Positions 51,530 to 64,000 of a DNA stretch of 64,000 nucleotides are shown here, piece after piece. A model generated the notes under the pieces. The model was not told the DNA's origin and searched no databases. It saw only the letters and a program-made list of their open reading frames with translations. The number at the start of each line of letters is the position of its first letter. Positions within the stretch are counted from its first letter, which is position 1. Origin of the DNA: Haliotis rufescens (taxonomy: Eukaryota); contig NW_025964372.1 of NCBI RefSeq assembly GCF_023055435.1, positions 13,640,001-13,704,000 on the forward strand. The letters run 5' to 3'. The position numbers were made by a program, and so were the translations under genes.

Positions 51530-54500
51530 TTGCGTCATATCTACCCCAGTGTCTCACTGCGTCATATCTACCCCAGTGTCTCACTGCGTCATATCTACCC
51601 CAGTGTCTCACTGCGTTATATCTACCCGTGTCTCACTGCGTCATACCTGCCCCAGTGTCTCACTGCGTCATATCTACCCCAGTGTCTCACTGCGTCATAT
51701 CTACCCCAGTGTCTCGCTGCGTCATATCTACCCCAGTGTCTCACTGTGTCATATCTACCCCAGTGTCTCACTGCGTCATACCTACCCCAGTGTCTCACTG
51801 TGTCATACCTACCCCAGTTTCTCACTATGTCATATCTACCCCAGTGTCTCACTGCGTCATACCTACCCCAGTGTCTCACTGCGTCATATCTACCCTTGTC
51901 TCACTGTGTCATATCTACCCCAGTGTCTCAATATGTCATATCTATCCCAGTGTCCCACTGTGTCATACCTATTCCAGTGTCTCACTATGTCATATCTACC
52001 CCAGTGTCTCACTGCGTCATATCTACCCCAGTGTCTCAATATGTCATATCTACCCCAGTGTCCCACTGTGTCATACCTACCCCAGTGTCTCACTATGTCA
52101 TATCTACCCCAGTGTCTCACTGCGTCATATCTACCCCAGTGTCTCACTGTGTCATACCTACCCCAGTGTCTCACTATGTCATATCTACCCCAGTGTCTCA
52201 CTGCGTCATATCTACCCCAGTGTCTCACTATGTCATATCTACCCCAGTGTCCCACTGTGTCATACCTACCCCAGTGTCTCACTATGTCATATCTACCCCA
52301 GTGTCTCACTGCGTCATATCTACCCCAGTGTCTCACTGTGTCATACCTACCCCAGTGTCTCACTATGTCATATCTACCCCAGTGTCTCACTGCGTCATAT
52401 CTACCCCAGTGTCTCACAATGTCATATCTACCCCAGTGTCCCACTGTGTCATACCTAACCCAGTGTCTCACTGCGTCATATCTACCCCAGTTTCTCACTG
52501 CGTCATATCTACCCCAGTGTCTCACTGCGACATATCTGCCCCAGTGTCTCACTATGTCATATCTACCCCAGTGTCTCACTCTGTCATATCTACCCCAGTG
52601 TCTATCTGCGTCATATCTACCCCAGTGTCTCACTGCGTCATATCTGCCCCATTGTCTCACTTTGTCATATCTACCCCAGTTTCTCACTGCGTCATATCTA
52701 CCACAGTGTCTCACTGTGTCATATCTACCCCAGTGTCTCACTGTATCATATCTACCCCAGTGTCTCACTATGTCATATCTACCCCAGTGTCTCACTATGT
52801 CATATCTACCCGAGTGTCTCACTATGTCATATCTACCCCAGTGTCTCACTGCGTCGTACCTACCCCAGTGTCTCACTGTGTCATATCTACCCCAGTGTCT
52901 CACTGTGTCATATCTACCCCAGTGTCTCACTATGTCATATCTACCCAAGTGTCTCACTATGTCATATCTACCCCAGTGTCTCACTGCGTCATACCTACCC
53001 CAGTGCTCACTGTGTCATATCTACCCCAGTTTCTCACTGCGTCATATCTACTCCAGTGTCTCACTGCGTCATACCTACCCCAGTGTCTCACTGTGTCATA
53101 TCTACCCCAGTGTCTCACTGCGTCATATCTGCCCCATTGTCTCACTTTGTCATATCTACCCCAGTTTCTCACTGCGTCATATCTACCACAGTGTCTCACT
53201 ATGTCATATCTACCCGAGTGTCTCACTATGTCATATCTACCCCAGTGTCTCACTGCGTCGTACCTACCCCAGTGTCTCACTGTGTCATATCTACCCCAGT
53301 GTCTCACTGTGTCATATCTACCCCAGTGTCTCACTATGTCATATCTACCCCAGTGTCTCACTGTGTCATATCTACCCCAGTGTCTCACTGCGTCATACCT
53401 ACCCCAGTGTCTCACTGTGTCATATCTACCCCAGTTTCTCACTGCGTCATATCTACTCCAGTGTCTCACTGCGTCATATCTACCCCAGTGTCTCACTGTA
53501 TCATACCTAACCCAGTGTCTCACTATGTCATATCTACCCCAGTGTCTCACTGCGTCATATCTACCCCAGTGTCTCACTATGTCATATCTACCCCAGTGTC
53601 TCACTGCGTCATATCTACCCCAGTGTCTCACTATGTCATATCTACCCGAGTGTCTCACTATGTCATATCTACCCCAGTGTCTCACTGCGTCATACCTACC
53701 CCAGTGTCTCACTGTGTCATATCTACCCCAGTTTCTCACTGCGTCATATCTACTCCAGTGTCTCACTGCGTCATATCTACCCCAGTGTCTCACTGTATCA
53801 TACCTAACCCAGTGTTTCACTCTGTCATATCTACCCCAGTGTCTAACTGCGTCATATCTACTCCAGTGTCTCACTGTGTCATATCTACCCCAGTGTCTCA
53901 CTGCGTCATATCTACCCCAGTGTCTCACTATGTCATATCTACCCCAGTGTCCCACTGTGTCATACCTACCCCAGTGTCTCACTCTGTCATATCTACCCCA
54001 GTGTCTCACTGCGTCATATCTACACCAGTGTCTCACTATGTCATATCTACCCCAGTGTCTCACTGCGTCATATCTACCCCAGTTTCTCACTGCGTCATAT
54101 CTACCCCAGTGTCTCACTTTGTCATATCTACCCCAGTGTCTCACTGCGTCATATCTACCCCAGTTTCTCACTATGTCATACCTAACCCAGTGTCTCACTG
54201 CGTCATATCTACCCCAGTGTCTCACTGTGTCATAACTACCCCAGTGTCTCACTGTGTCCTACATACCCCAGTTTCTCACTGCGTCATACCTACCCCAGTG
54301 TCTCACCGCGTCATATCTACCCCAGTGTCTCACTGTGTCATACCTACCCCAGTGTCTCACTTTGTCATACCTACCCCAGTGTCTCACCGCGTCATATCTA
54401 CCCCAGTGTCTCACTGTATCATGTCTACCCTAGTGTCTCAATATGTCATACCTACCCCAGTGTCTCACTGCGCCATACCTACCCCAGTGTCTCACCGCGT

Positions 54501-54880
54501 CATATCTACCCCAGTTTCTCACTGTGTCATACCTACCCCAGTGTCTCACTGCGCCATACCTACCCCAGTGTCTCACCGCGTCATATCTACCCCAGTGTCT
54601 CACTGTGTCATACCTACCCCAGTGTCTCACTGCGTCATACCTACCCCAGTGTCTCACCGCGTCATATCTACCCCAGTGTCTCACTGTATCATGTCTACCC
54701 CAGTGTCTCACCGCGTCATATCTACCCCAGTGTCTCACTGCGCCATATCTACCCCAGTGTCTCACTTTGTCATATCTACCCCAGTGTCTCACTGTGTCAT
54801 ACCTACCCCAGTTTCTCACTGCTTCATATCCATACCGTGTGTCCACTGCGTCATATCTATACCGTGTGTCCACTGCGTCA
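51530..54880. repeat. 27-bp minisatellite (~124 copies)
   Basis: Unit ccccagtgtctcactgcgtcatatcta. Confidence 0.95.
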
Positions 54881-55423
54881 TTGCGTCAAGGGCGTCACAT
54901 CATGTTTAGTGTCCGTCTGGACAGATGGCCAGAGGCTAGAGACCCGTAGTGCACCACAGTACAGCTCCACCATTAGGGTAGTGGCTCAGTGATTATCACC
55001 CACCGATACAGAACACACCGTATTGATGGCGACTCAAAAAGCTTCATATTCGTTATAAGCCCGGTCTGGGGCCCTATGTGGTGTTGATGGTCAGCTAGAC
55101 TTCCCATAGAATGACGCCCGCCCAGACACAGCTCATAGTTCAATGCACATTCTCAATGAACATCCATGGTATGAACTTTCACCAACGCAGGATTGACCTT
55201 GACATATAAAACTAAGGGTCCAGGGTAACATGTGCCCTAGTATTATTTATGTGCAACATTACGTTCTTCAGCTTCGCACGAATCAAAGTTTAGACAAGTG
55301 GTTAAATGTTACCAAGAGACGATAAACGATAAATGTACTCTGTGTTACCGAAAGTGTTTCAGGTGAAAAAGACAAAATAAAATCGACATGCTGTTGCTGC
55401 ATTGTTGCTGCAGAACAATTGTA

Positions 55424-55429
55424 TTTATT
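55424..55429 (-). promoter_or_regulatory. Candidate polyadenylation signal of the nAChR-like gene
   Basis: AATAAA on the - strand ~330 nt after the stop codon. Confidence 0.35.
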
Positions 55430-55760
55430 GTATGTGTTCTAGAGACAAGATCACGCATTGAGTTGAATTGGGTGTATAAACAAATAAACAATCGTAATAA
55501 ACCAATAAATCAAATACACGAAACCACCTACGTTGACATTCTGAGTAGTGTTCCATTAAAGATATATCAACGTAGGCTGACAATAGTGAGACCTGCCTGT
55601 GCCGAGGGGTACGGCTGTGTCATCAATAATGTGTTCCTGGAGTAGTCCACTGTTTCAGGCGGATTACGACATGCACTGGTGCACACTTGTTTCTGATCGG
55701 AACGGAACAGTTCCACATCCACAAGAAGTGTTGCTGCACAGAGAGCGGCACATCATCATG

Positions 55761-58700
55761 TCAAAAATAATTACTCATAAGGGACAAAACGAACCCAATC
55801 GTCATGACAGTCATGAAGGTTCCGAAAATACGGAAGAGAAATTTGTCCAGTATGTGAGCAATCTCTTTTGAACTGTAGCCACGTTTGGGAGATGTTTTCT
55901 TTCCGTTAAGGGACACCACTCTGTTTGACGTGCAGGTGAGGCACGCCAGGGGAGACAGGAAGGACTGGGTGACCTTCTGCAGCCAAGGTGGAACTGGTTT
56001 GGCCTCATCCTGGTGGTACAGGCGGAGAACGACGATAGTGCAGAGTGTGCCTGCAGTGCTTACACACATGACCACGGACAGGTACACCTCTGAAAAGGAC
56101 AAATAGTGAGTATCTACATTTACTCATGGGTGATGTACACGTGTACATATGAGGCTTATTAACTGAACAGTATACGTATTCAAGTGCAACATGACAATGG
56201 TTCTTCATACCCAATTTAACAGTTTAGAAGTAAAGTATTCTTGAAGAAAATGTTATTAACAGACGTCATGGGTTGCTACTATATCTTTAAGCCTATTTAT
56301 CATGCAGCAGCTACTATTCTTCCTCTCCATATTATACAGCTGCGACTATATCTTCCGGCCTGTAGCATACAGCTGCTACCATTCTTCGTCTCCATATCAT
56401 ACAGCTGCGACTATATCTTCCGGCCTGTATCATACAGCTGCTACTATTCCTCCTCTCCATATCATACAGCTGCTACGTCTTCTTCTGGTCAATATCGCAC
56501 AGTTGCTACTACTATTCTTCTACTCTATATCATACAGCTGTTACGTTTCCTCAGGTTTATATCCAACAGCTGCTACTACATACAGGTACTACAGCTTTCT
56601 CTCGTCTGTATCATGCAGCTGCTACAGTTTCTTCTGGTCTATATCATACAGGTGCTACAGCTTCTTCTGGTTTATATCGTACATGTGCTATAGTTTCCTC
56701 TGGTCTATATCATAAAGTTTATATTTCTTCTGTTCTAAATCATACAGCTGCTATAACATCTCTCGTCTATATCATGCAGCTGCTACAGTTTCTTCTGGTC
56801 TATATCATACAGGTGCTACAGCTTCTGGTTTATATCGTACATGTGCTATAGTTTCCTCTAGTCTATATCATACAGCTGCTACAGTTGCTTCTGGTCTATA
56901 TCATACAGCTGCTATTGTTTCCTCTGGTCTATATCATACAGGTGCTAAAGTTTCTTTTGGTCTATATCATACAGCTACTATTTCTACTGGTCTATATCAT
57001 ACAGCTGCTACTGTTTCTTCTCGTCTATATCATACAGGTGCTACAGCTTTCTCTGGTCTATATCATACAGGTGCTACAGCTTTCTCTGGTCTATGTCATA
57101 CAGCTGCTACAGTTTCCTCTGGTCTATATCATACACCTACTACTGTTTCTTCTGGTCTATACCATACATCTGCTACTGTTTCTTCTGGTCTATATAATAC
57201 AGCTGCTACAGCTTCCTCTGGTCTATATCATACACCTACTACTGTTTCTTCTGGTCTATACCATACATCTGCTACTGTTTCTTCTGGTCTATATTATACA
57301 GCTGCTACAGTTTCCTCTGGTCTATATCATACACCTATTACTGTTTCTTCTGTTCTATACCATACAGCTGCTACTGTTTCTTCTGGTCTATATTATACAG
57401 CTGCTACAGTTTCCTCTGGTCTATATCATACACCTACTACTGTTTCTTCTGGTCTATACCATACAGCTGCTACTGTTTCTTCTGGTCTATATAATACAGC
57501 TGCTAAAGTTTCCTCTGGTCTATATCATACAGGTGCTACAGCTTCCTCTGGTCTATATCATAAAGCTACTACTGTTTCTTCTGGTCTATATAATACAGCT
57601 GTTACTGTTTGTTCTGGTCTATATCATACAGCTGCTACTGTTTCCTTTCGTCTATATCATACGGCTGCTAAAGTTTCTTCTGGTCTATATCAACCCGGGA
57701 AGATTCCGGGGTAGAATAGGTCTTCAGCAACCCATGCTTGCCGTAAAAGGTGACTATGCTTGTTGTAAAAGGCGACTAACGGGATCGGATGGTCAGGCTC
57801 GCTGACTTGGTTGATGCATGTCATCGATCCCAATTGCGTGGATCGATGCTCATGATATTAATAACTGGATTGTCTGGTCAGGACTCGATTATTTACAGAC
57901 CGCCGTCATATAGCTGAAATATTGCTGAGTGCGGCGTTAAACAACCAACCAACCAATCTGGTCTATATCATACAGCTGCCACTGTTTCCTCTCGTCTTTA
58001 TCATACAGGTGCTTAAGTTTCTTCTAGTCTTTATCATACAGCTACGGTTTCTTCTGGTCTATATCATACAGCAACAGTTTCTTATCGTCTATATCATACA
58101 GCTGTTACTGCTTATTCGGTCTATATCATACAGCTACAGTTTATTCTGGTCCATATCATACAGCTGCCAATTTCTGTTCTTCCGAAAAGTTTATATCGAG
58201 AAATGAGAACGTGTCGTATCGGATAAAAATAGTAAGTAAGAATACACAAGTTGTTTCGTGACTTACTTCGTTTCCGTCTTGTATGATGGGTGCTGATGCT
58301 GCTCCCTGTGCAGAGTTGCAGCCTTTGGGCGCGCCAAAAACCTATGACCGTTGGTTCGAATCCCGGTTAGACCCGATTACATTTCTAGGTTTGTCAGCAC
58401 CATAACCGTGCTCGTGAGTTTGACCGAAGTGAGACCTGCATCACTTCGGGCTTTCCTCCCTAAGTAAGCTGACACGCCGGGATATAACTGGAATACTGTT
58501 CATAGCGGCGTTACACCCAACTCACTCACTCACTTCCTCACTCACTCACTATTGCTGCTACGATGAAGATGAGGCGATGGAGTAGCCGAACAGTTAAAAT
58601 TGTTGCCTCACAAAGCCCATTGGGTTCAGTTAGTGAAGCCCATTTGTGGTTGGCTGACATACTAATGAAGGCACCCTAAACTCTCACTCTAACACATCTA

Positions 58701-59914
58701 CAACTACTAACTGTACATCTGATGTAACTAATGATGATGTAACGTCTACCATCACATCCGCCACTACTTCACTAAGCCACTCACGGATGATGGACGTCTG
58801 ACTGGATATGGGCGGCAGGTTGGCAGCTATCATAGTCAGCAGGACGATGTAGGACAGGAGGACAGTCAGACAGTACCCCATCTTCTCCCCAGACTCTATC
58901 GGCAAGGCAAACACCACCATCATCAAGATGGAGTTGAGGATAAGGGGCAGCATGATGTTCAGGCCATAGAACTGCCATTGTCGACGGACAGTTACCTTGA
59001 ACACCAGTTTCCGGAATGTCATATCACCCTGGGTCACGTTAATGTATTCGTATCCAGTGCCCAACATTTCCCACTCTCCATTATTGGTGAAATACTTCAT
59101 TTCGAACGGACTGTTTGGGTCAGTGAGGAGATCTACCTCATCCGTGGTGTAACTCCAGCCAACCAGCGTCAGAGAACATGTCTGCTTGTCATAGGGGTAG
59201 TACGTTATGTCTGCAGAGCAGCTGGAGGTCGTAGAGAAGGGGGGAGACCATACTACTTCGCCGTTTGGGAACACTCGGAGAGGGGTGCCGTCGCTTCCTA
59301 GAACGGCCGCTGAGTTGATGCTGGGGAGGGAAGAGATTGGTGTCGGTGATTCAGGTTTATGTAAATTCAAAACGTCAAAGCCACATGATGACCAGTCCTG
59401 GGGCACCTTCCGAAACAGAAGATTCCATTGGTCGCTGAAAAGGGAAAATGGCACGAAAGGGGGGCAAAGACACAGACTATTTTCGGTCACTGATTCAAGA
59501 GATACAATTCTATTCTCAGAACAAATATATTATGTTTTTTTAACGTATTTTGTCAGCATGGCAAGCGGTCAAATTCAGTTCTGGTTTTTTTTCACATTTT
59601 TTTAAGGATACATGTATGTGCATGTCTGGCGAACAGTTTTTTTTGTAAAACACATCCAACTTTTCTCAGAGGGTAGCAAGGTAGTACTCTATGTAACTAC
59701 GACAGTTTTAATTTGAACACAGTATTACTTACAAACCAAATTACGCATAATATTACTCACGTCCTTGGTGTAGTAAATGCCACAGTTCGCTCATGTATAC
59801 ATACTCATTTTCAATGACCAGTGGTGGCTTCCAGATGTATTTGGTGTTGACAACTATCTTCTGTATTCCTCCCGCAGAAGCCGGGTCCCACATCAGTCGA
59901 GGGTCATTCCAAAG
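55761..59914 (-). CDS. Nicotinic acetylcholine receptor-like subunit (Cys-loop LGIC), non-alpha; last three exons
   Basis: Exons 59805-59914 (LWNDPRLMW...IWKPPLVIEN), 58785-59320 (Cys-loop CSADITYYPYDKQTC, GWSY, NGEW, TM1, ESGEK, TM2, LPPIS) and 55761-56089 (TM3, IAHILDKFLFRIF TM4); splice phases consistent; 5' exons lie beyond the window. Confidence 0.9.
56280..58170. repeat. ~33-bp intronic minisatellite
   Basis: Unit tttcttctggtctatatcatacagctgctactg. Confidence 0.92.
57692..57956 (+). mobile_element. SINE family A inserted in a minisatellite
   Basis: Full body flanked by tctggtctatatca on both sides. Confidence 0.88.
58290..58550 (+). mobile_element. tRNA-derived SINE family C (degenerate)
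   Basis: ggttcgaatcccgg B-box, (ACTC)n tail, similar to 34489-34758. Confidence 0.75.
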
Positions 59915-59920
59915 CTGTCG

Positions 59921-62900
59921 ACATGTGTCAATACTGTACATGTGATCATTTCAATACTGTACATGTGGTCATGTCGAGGGTCAATACTGTACATGTGGTC
60001 ATTTCGAGGGTCAATACTGTACATGTGGTCATGTCAAGGGTCAATACTGTACATGTGATCACGTCGAGGGTCAATCCTATACATGTGATCATGTCAAGGG
60101 TCAATACTGTATATGTGATCATGTCAATACTATACATGTGATCACATCGAGGGTCAATACTGTATATGTGATCATGTCAATACTATACATGTGATCATGT
60201 CGATGGTCAATACTGTACATGTTATGTCGATGGTCAAGACTACATGTGATCATTTGAGGGTCAATACTGTACATGTTACCATGTCGAGGGTCAATACTGT
60301 AATGTTATGTCGAGGGTCAATACTGTACATGTGATCACGTCAAGGGTCAATACTGTACATATTATCATGTCAATACTGTACATGTGATCACGTCGAGGGT
60401 CAATACTGTACAAGTGATCACGTCAATACTATACATGTGATCATGTCGAGGGTCAAGACTGTACATGTTGTAAGGACAAGGGTCAATACTATACATGTGA
60501 TCATGTCGAGGGTCAAGACTGTACATGTTGTAAGGACAAGGGTCAATACTATACATGTGATCATGTCGAGGGTCAATAGTATACATGTGATCACGTTGAG
60601 GGTCAATGCTGTACATATGATCACGTCGAGGGTCAATACTGTACATGTGATCATGTCAATACTATACATGTGATCACGTTGAGCGTCAATACTGTACATG
60701 TGATCACGTCGAGGGTCAATACTGTACATGTGATAATGTCAATACTATACAAGGGATCACGTCGAGGGTCATTACTGTACATATTATCATGTCAATACTA
60801 TACATGTGATCACGTCGAGGGTCAATAATGTACATGTGATCATGTCGAGGGTCGATACTATACATGTGGTCATGTCGAGGGTCAATACTGTACATGTGAT
60901 CACGTTGGGGGTCAATACTGTACATGTGATCATGTCAATACTATACATGTGATCACGTTGAGGGTCAATACTGTACATGTGATCATGTCAATACTATACA
61001 TGTGGTCATGTCGAGGGTCAATACTGTACATGTGATCACGTTGGGGGTCAATACTGTACAAGTGATCACGTCAATACTATACATGTGATCATGTCGAGGG
61101 TCAAGACTGTACATGTGATCATGTCGAGGGTCAAGACTGTACATGTTGTAAGGACAAGGGTCAATACTATACATGTGATCATGTCGAGGGTCAATACTGA
61201 ACATGTGATCATGTCAATACTATACATGTGATCACGTTGAGGGTCAATACTGTACATGTGATAATGTCAATACTATACATGTGGTCGTGTCAATACTGTA
61301 CATGTGATCACGTCAAGGGTCAATACTGTACATGTGATCACGTCGAGGGTCAATACTGTACATGTGATCATGTCAATACTATACATGTGATCACGTTGAG
61401 CGTCAATACTGTACATGTGATCACGTCGAGGGTCAATACTGTACATGTGATCATGTCAATACTATACATGTGGTCATGTCGAGGGTCAATACTGTACATG
61501 TGATCACGTTGGGGGTCAATACTGTACATGTGATCATGTCAATACTATACATGTGATCACGTCGAGGGTCAATACTGTACATGTGATCAGGTCGAGGGTC
61601 AATACTGTAAATGTGATCATGTCGAGGGTCGATACTATACATGTGATCACGTCGAGGGTCAATACTGTAGATGTGATCACGTCGAGGGTCAATACTGTTC
61701 ATGTGATCACGTCAATACTTTACATGTGATCATGTCGAGGGTCAATACTGTACATGTGATCACGTTGAGGTTCAATACTGTACAAGTTATCATGCTGAGG
61801 GTCAGTACTGTAGATGTGATCATGTCAATAGTATACCGTGATCACGTCGAGGGTCAATCCTATACATGTGATCATGTCGAGGGTCAATACTGTATATGTG
61901 ATCATGTCAATACTATACATGTGATCACATCGAGGGTCAATACTGTATATGTGATCATGTCAATACTATACATGTGATCATGTCGATGGTCAATACTGTA
62001 CATGTTATGTCGATGGTCAAGACTACATGTGATCATTTGAGGGTCAATACTGTACATGTTACCATGTCGAGGGTCAATACTGTAATGTTATGTCGAGGGT
62101 CAATACTGTACATGTGATCACGTCAAGGGTCAATACTGTACATATTATCATGTCAATACTGTACATGTGATCACGTCGAGGGTCAATACTGTACAAGTGA
62201 TCACGTCAATACTATACATGTGATCATGTCGAGGGTCAAGACTGTACATGTGATCATGTCGAGGGTCAATACTGAACATGTGATCATGTCAATACTATAC
62301 ATGTGATCACGTTGAGGGTCAATACTGTACATGTGATAATGTCAATACTATACATGTGGTCGTGTCAATACTGTACATGTGATCACGTCAAGGGTCAATA
62401 CTGTACATGTGATCACGTCGAGGGTCAATACTGTACATGTGATCATGTCAATACTATACATGTGATCACGTTGAGCGTCAATACTGTACATGTGATCACG
62501 TCGAGGGTCAATACTGTACATGTGATAATGTCAATACTATACAAGGGATCATGTCGAGGGTCATTACTGTACATATTATCATGTCAATACTATACATGTG
62601 ATCACGTCGAGGGTCAATAATGTACATGTGATCATGTCGAGGGTCGATACTATACATGTGGTCATGTCGAGGGTCAATACTGTACATGTGATCACGTTGG
62701 GGGTCAATACTGTACATGTGATCATGTCAATACTATACATGTGATCACGTTGAGGGTCAATACTGTACATGTGATCAGGTCGAGGGTCAATACTGTAAAT
62801 GTGATCATGTCGAGGGTCGATACTATACATGTGATCACGTCGAGGGTCAATACTGTAGATGTGATCACGTCGAGGGTCAATACTGTTCATGTGATCACGT

Positions 62901-64000
62901 CAATACTTTACATGTGATCATGTCGAGGGTCAATACTGTACATGTGATCATGTTGAGGGTCAATACTGTTCATGTGATCATGTCGAGGGTCAATACTGTA
63001 CATGTGATCACGTCGAGAGTCAATACTGTTCAAGTGATCATGTTGAGGGTCAATACTGTAGATGTGATCACGTTGAGAGTCAATACTGTTCATGTGATCA
63101 TGTTGAGGGTTAATACCGTACATGTGATCGGGTCGAGGGTCAATACTGTAGATGTGATCATGTCGAGGGTCAATACTGTACATGTGATCACGTCGGGGGT
63201 CAATATTGTACGTGTGATCATGTCAATACTGTACATGTCATCATGTCGAAGGTCAATACTGTACATGTGATCATGTCAATACTGTACATGTGATAATGTC
63301 AATACTGTACATGTGATAATGTCAATACTATACATGGGATCATGTCGAGGGTCAATACTGTACATGTGATCATGTGAATACTGTACATGTGGTCATCTCG
63401 AGGGTCAATACTGTTCCTGTCATCATGTCTAGGGTCAATACTATACATGTGATCATGTAGAGGGTCAATACTGTAGATGTGATCATTTCAATACTGTACA
63501 TGTGATCATGTAGAGGGTCAAACAATACTGTACTTGTGATCATGTCGAGGGTCAATACTGTACATGTGGTCACATCGAGGGTCAATACTCTACATGTGAC
63601 CGTGTCAAGTGTCAATACTGTACATGTGATCATGTCAAGGGTCAATACTGTACATGTGATCACGTCGAGGGTCAATACTGTACATGTGATCACGTCAATA
63701 CTATACATGTGATCACGTCGAGGGTCAATACTGTACATGTGATCACGTCAATACTATACATGTGATCACGTTGAGCGTCAATACTGTACATGTGATCACG
63801 TCGAGGGTCAATACTGTACATGTGATAATGTCAATACTATACAAGGGATCACGTTGAGGGTCATTACTGTACATATTATCTTGTCAATACTATACATGTG
63901 ATCACGTCGAGGGTCAATACTGTACATGTGATCATGTCGAGGGTCGATACTATACATGTGGTCATGACGAGGGTCAAAACTGTACATGTGATCATGTCAA
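59921..64000. repeat. 30/23-bp compound minisatellite abutting an nAChR splice acceptor; runs off the window
   Basis: Units tcgagggtcaatactgtacatgtgatcatg and gtcaatactatacatgtgatcat; block duplication with ~1783-bp offset (60071/61854). Confidence 0.95.

Noticed and set aside
51489-54949. Long ORFs (673, 901, 617, 423 and 364 aa)
   Set aside because: Translations of a 27-bp tandem unit open in several frames on both strands; variants are not codon-constrained and frameshifts occur
56885-57805. 306-aa hydrophobic ORF
   Set aside because: 33-bp minisatellite plus SINE inside an nAChR intron
59923-63738. Many short His/Cys/Thr-rich ORFs
   Set aside because: Translations of the 30/23-bp satellite

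Overview
Eukaryotic (animal) genomic DNA. The SINE, Tc1 and nAChR content suggests a marine invertebrate, probably a gastropod mollusc (inference). Three spliced genes can be assembled from GT-AG boundaries with consistent phases. (1) + strand, 343-9147: the 3' part of a Ulp1/SENP (peptidase C48)-fold gene whose catalytic Cys appears replaced by Ser, followed by a long disordered tail. (2) - strand, 15720-29026: a 13-exon carnitine O-acetyltransferase (CrAT) gene whose first exon was not located. (3) - strand, 55761-59914: the last three exons of a non-alpha nicotinic acetylcholine receptor-like subunit. The 31-55 kb interval is a transposon graveyard (Tc1, mariner, Ty3/Gypsy, hairpin MITEs), and at least four SINE families are scattered throughout. 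Most striking observation: several unrelated minisatellites are built from the exon/intron (or stop-codon) junction they abut, so the introns hold tens of tandem copies of their own splice site. The long repetitive ORFs in the track are artefacts of these arrays.
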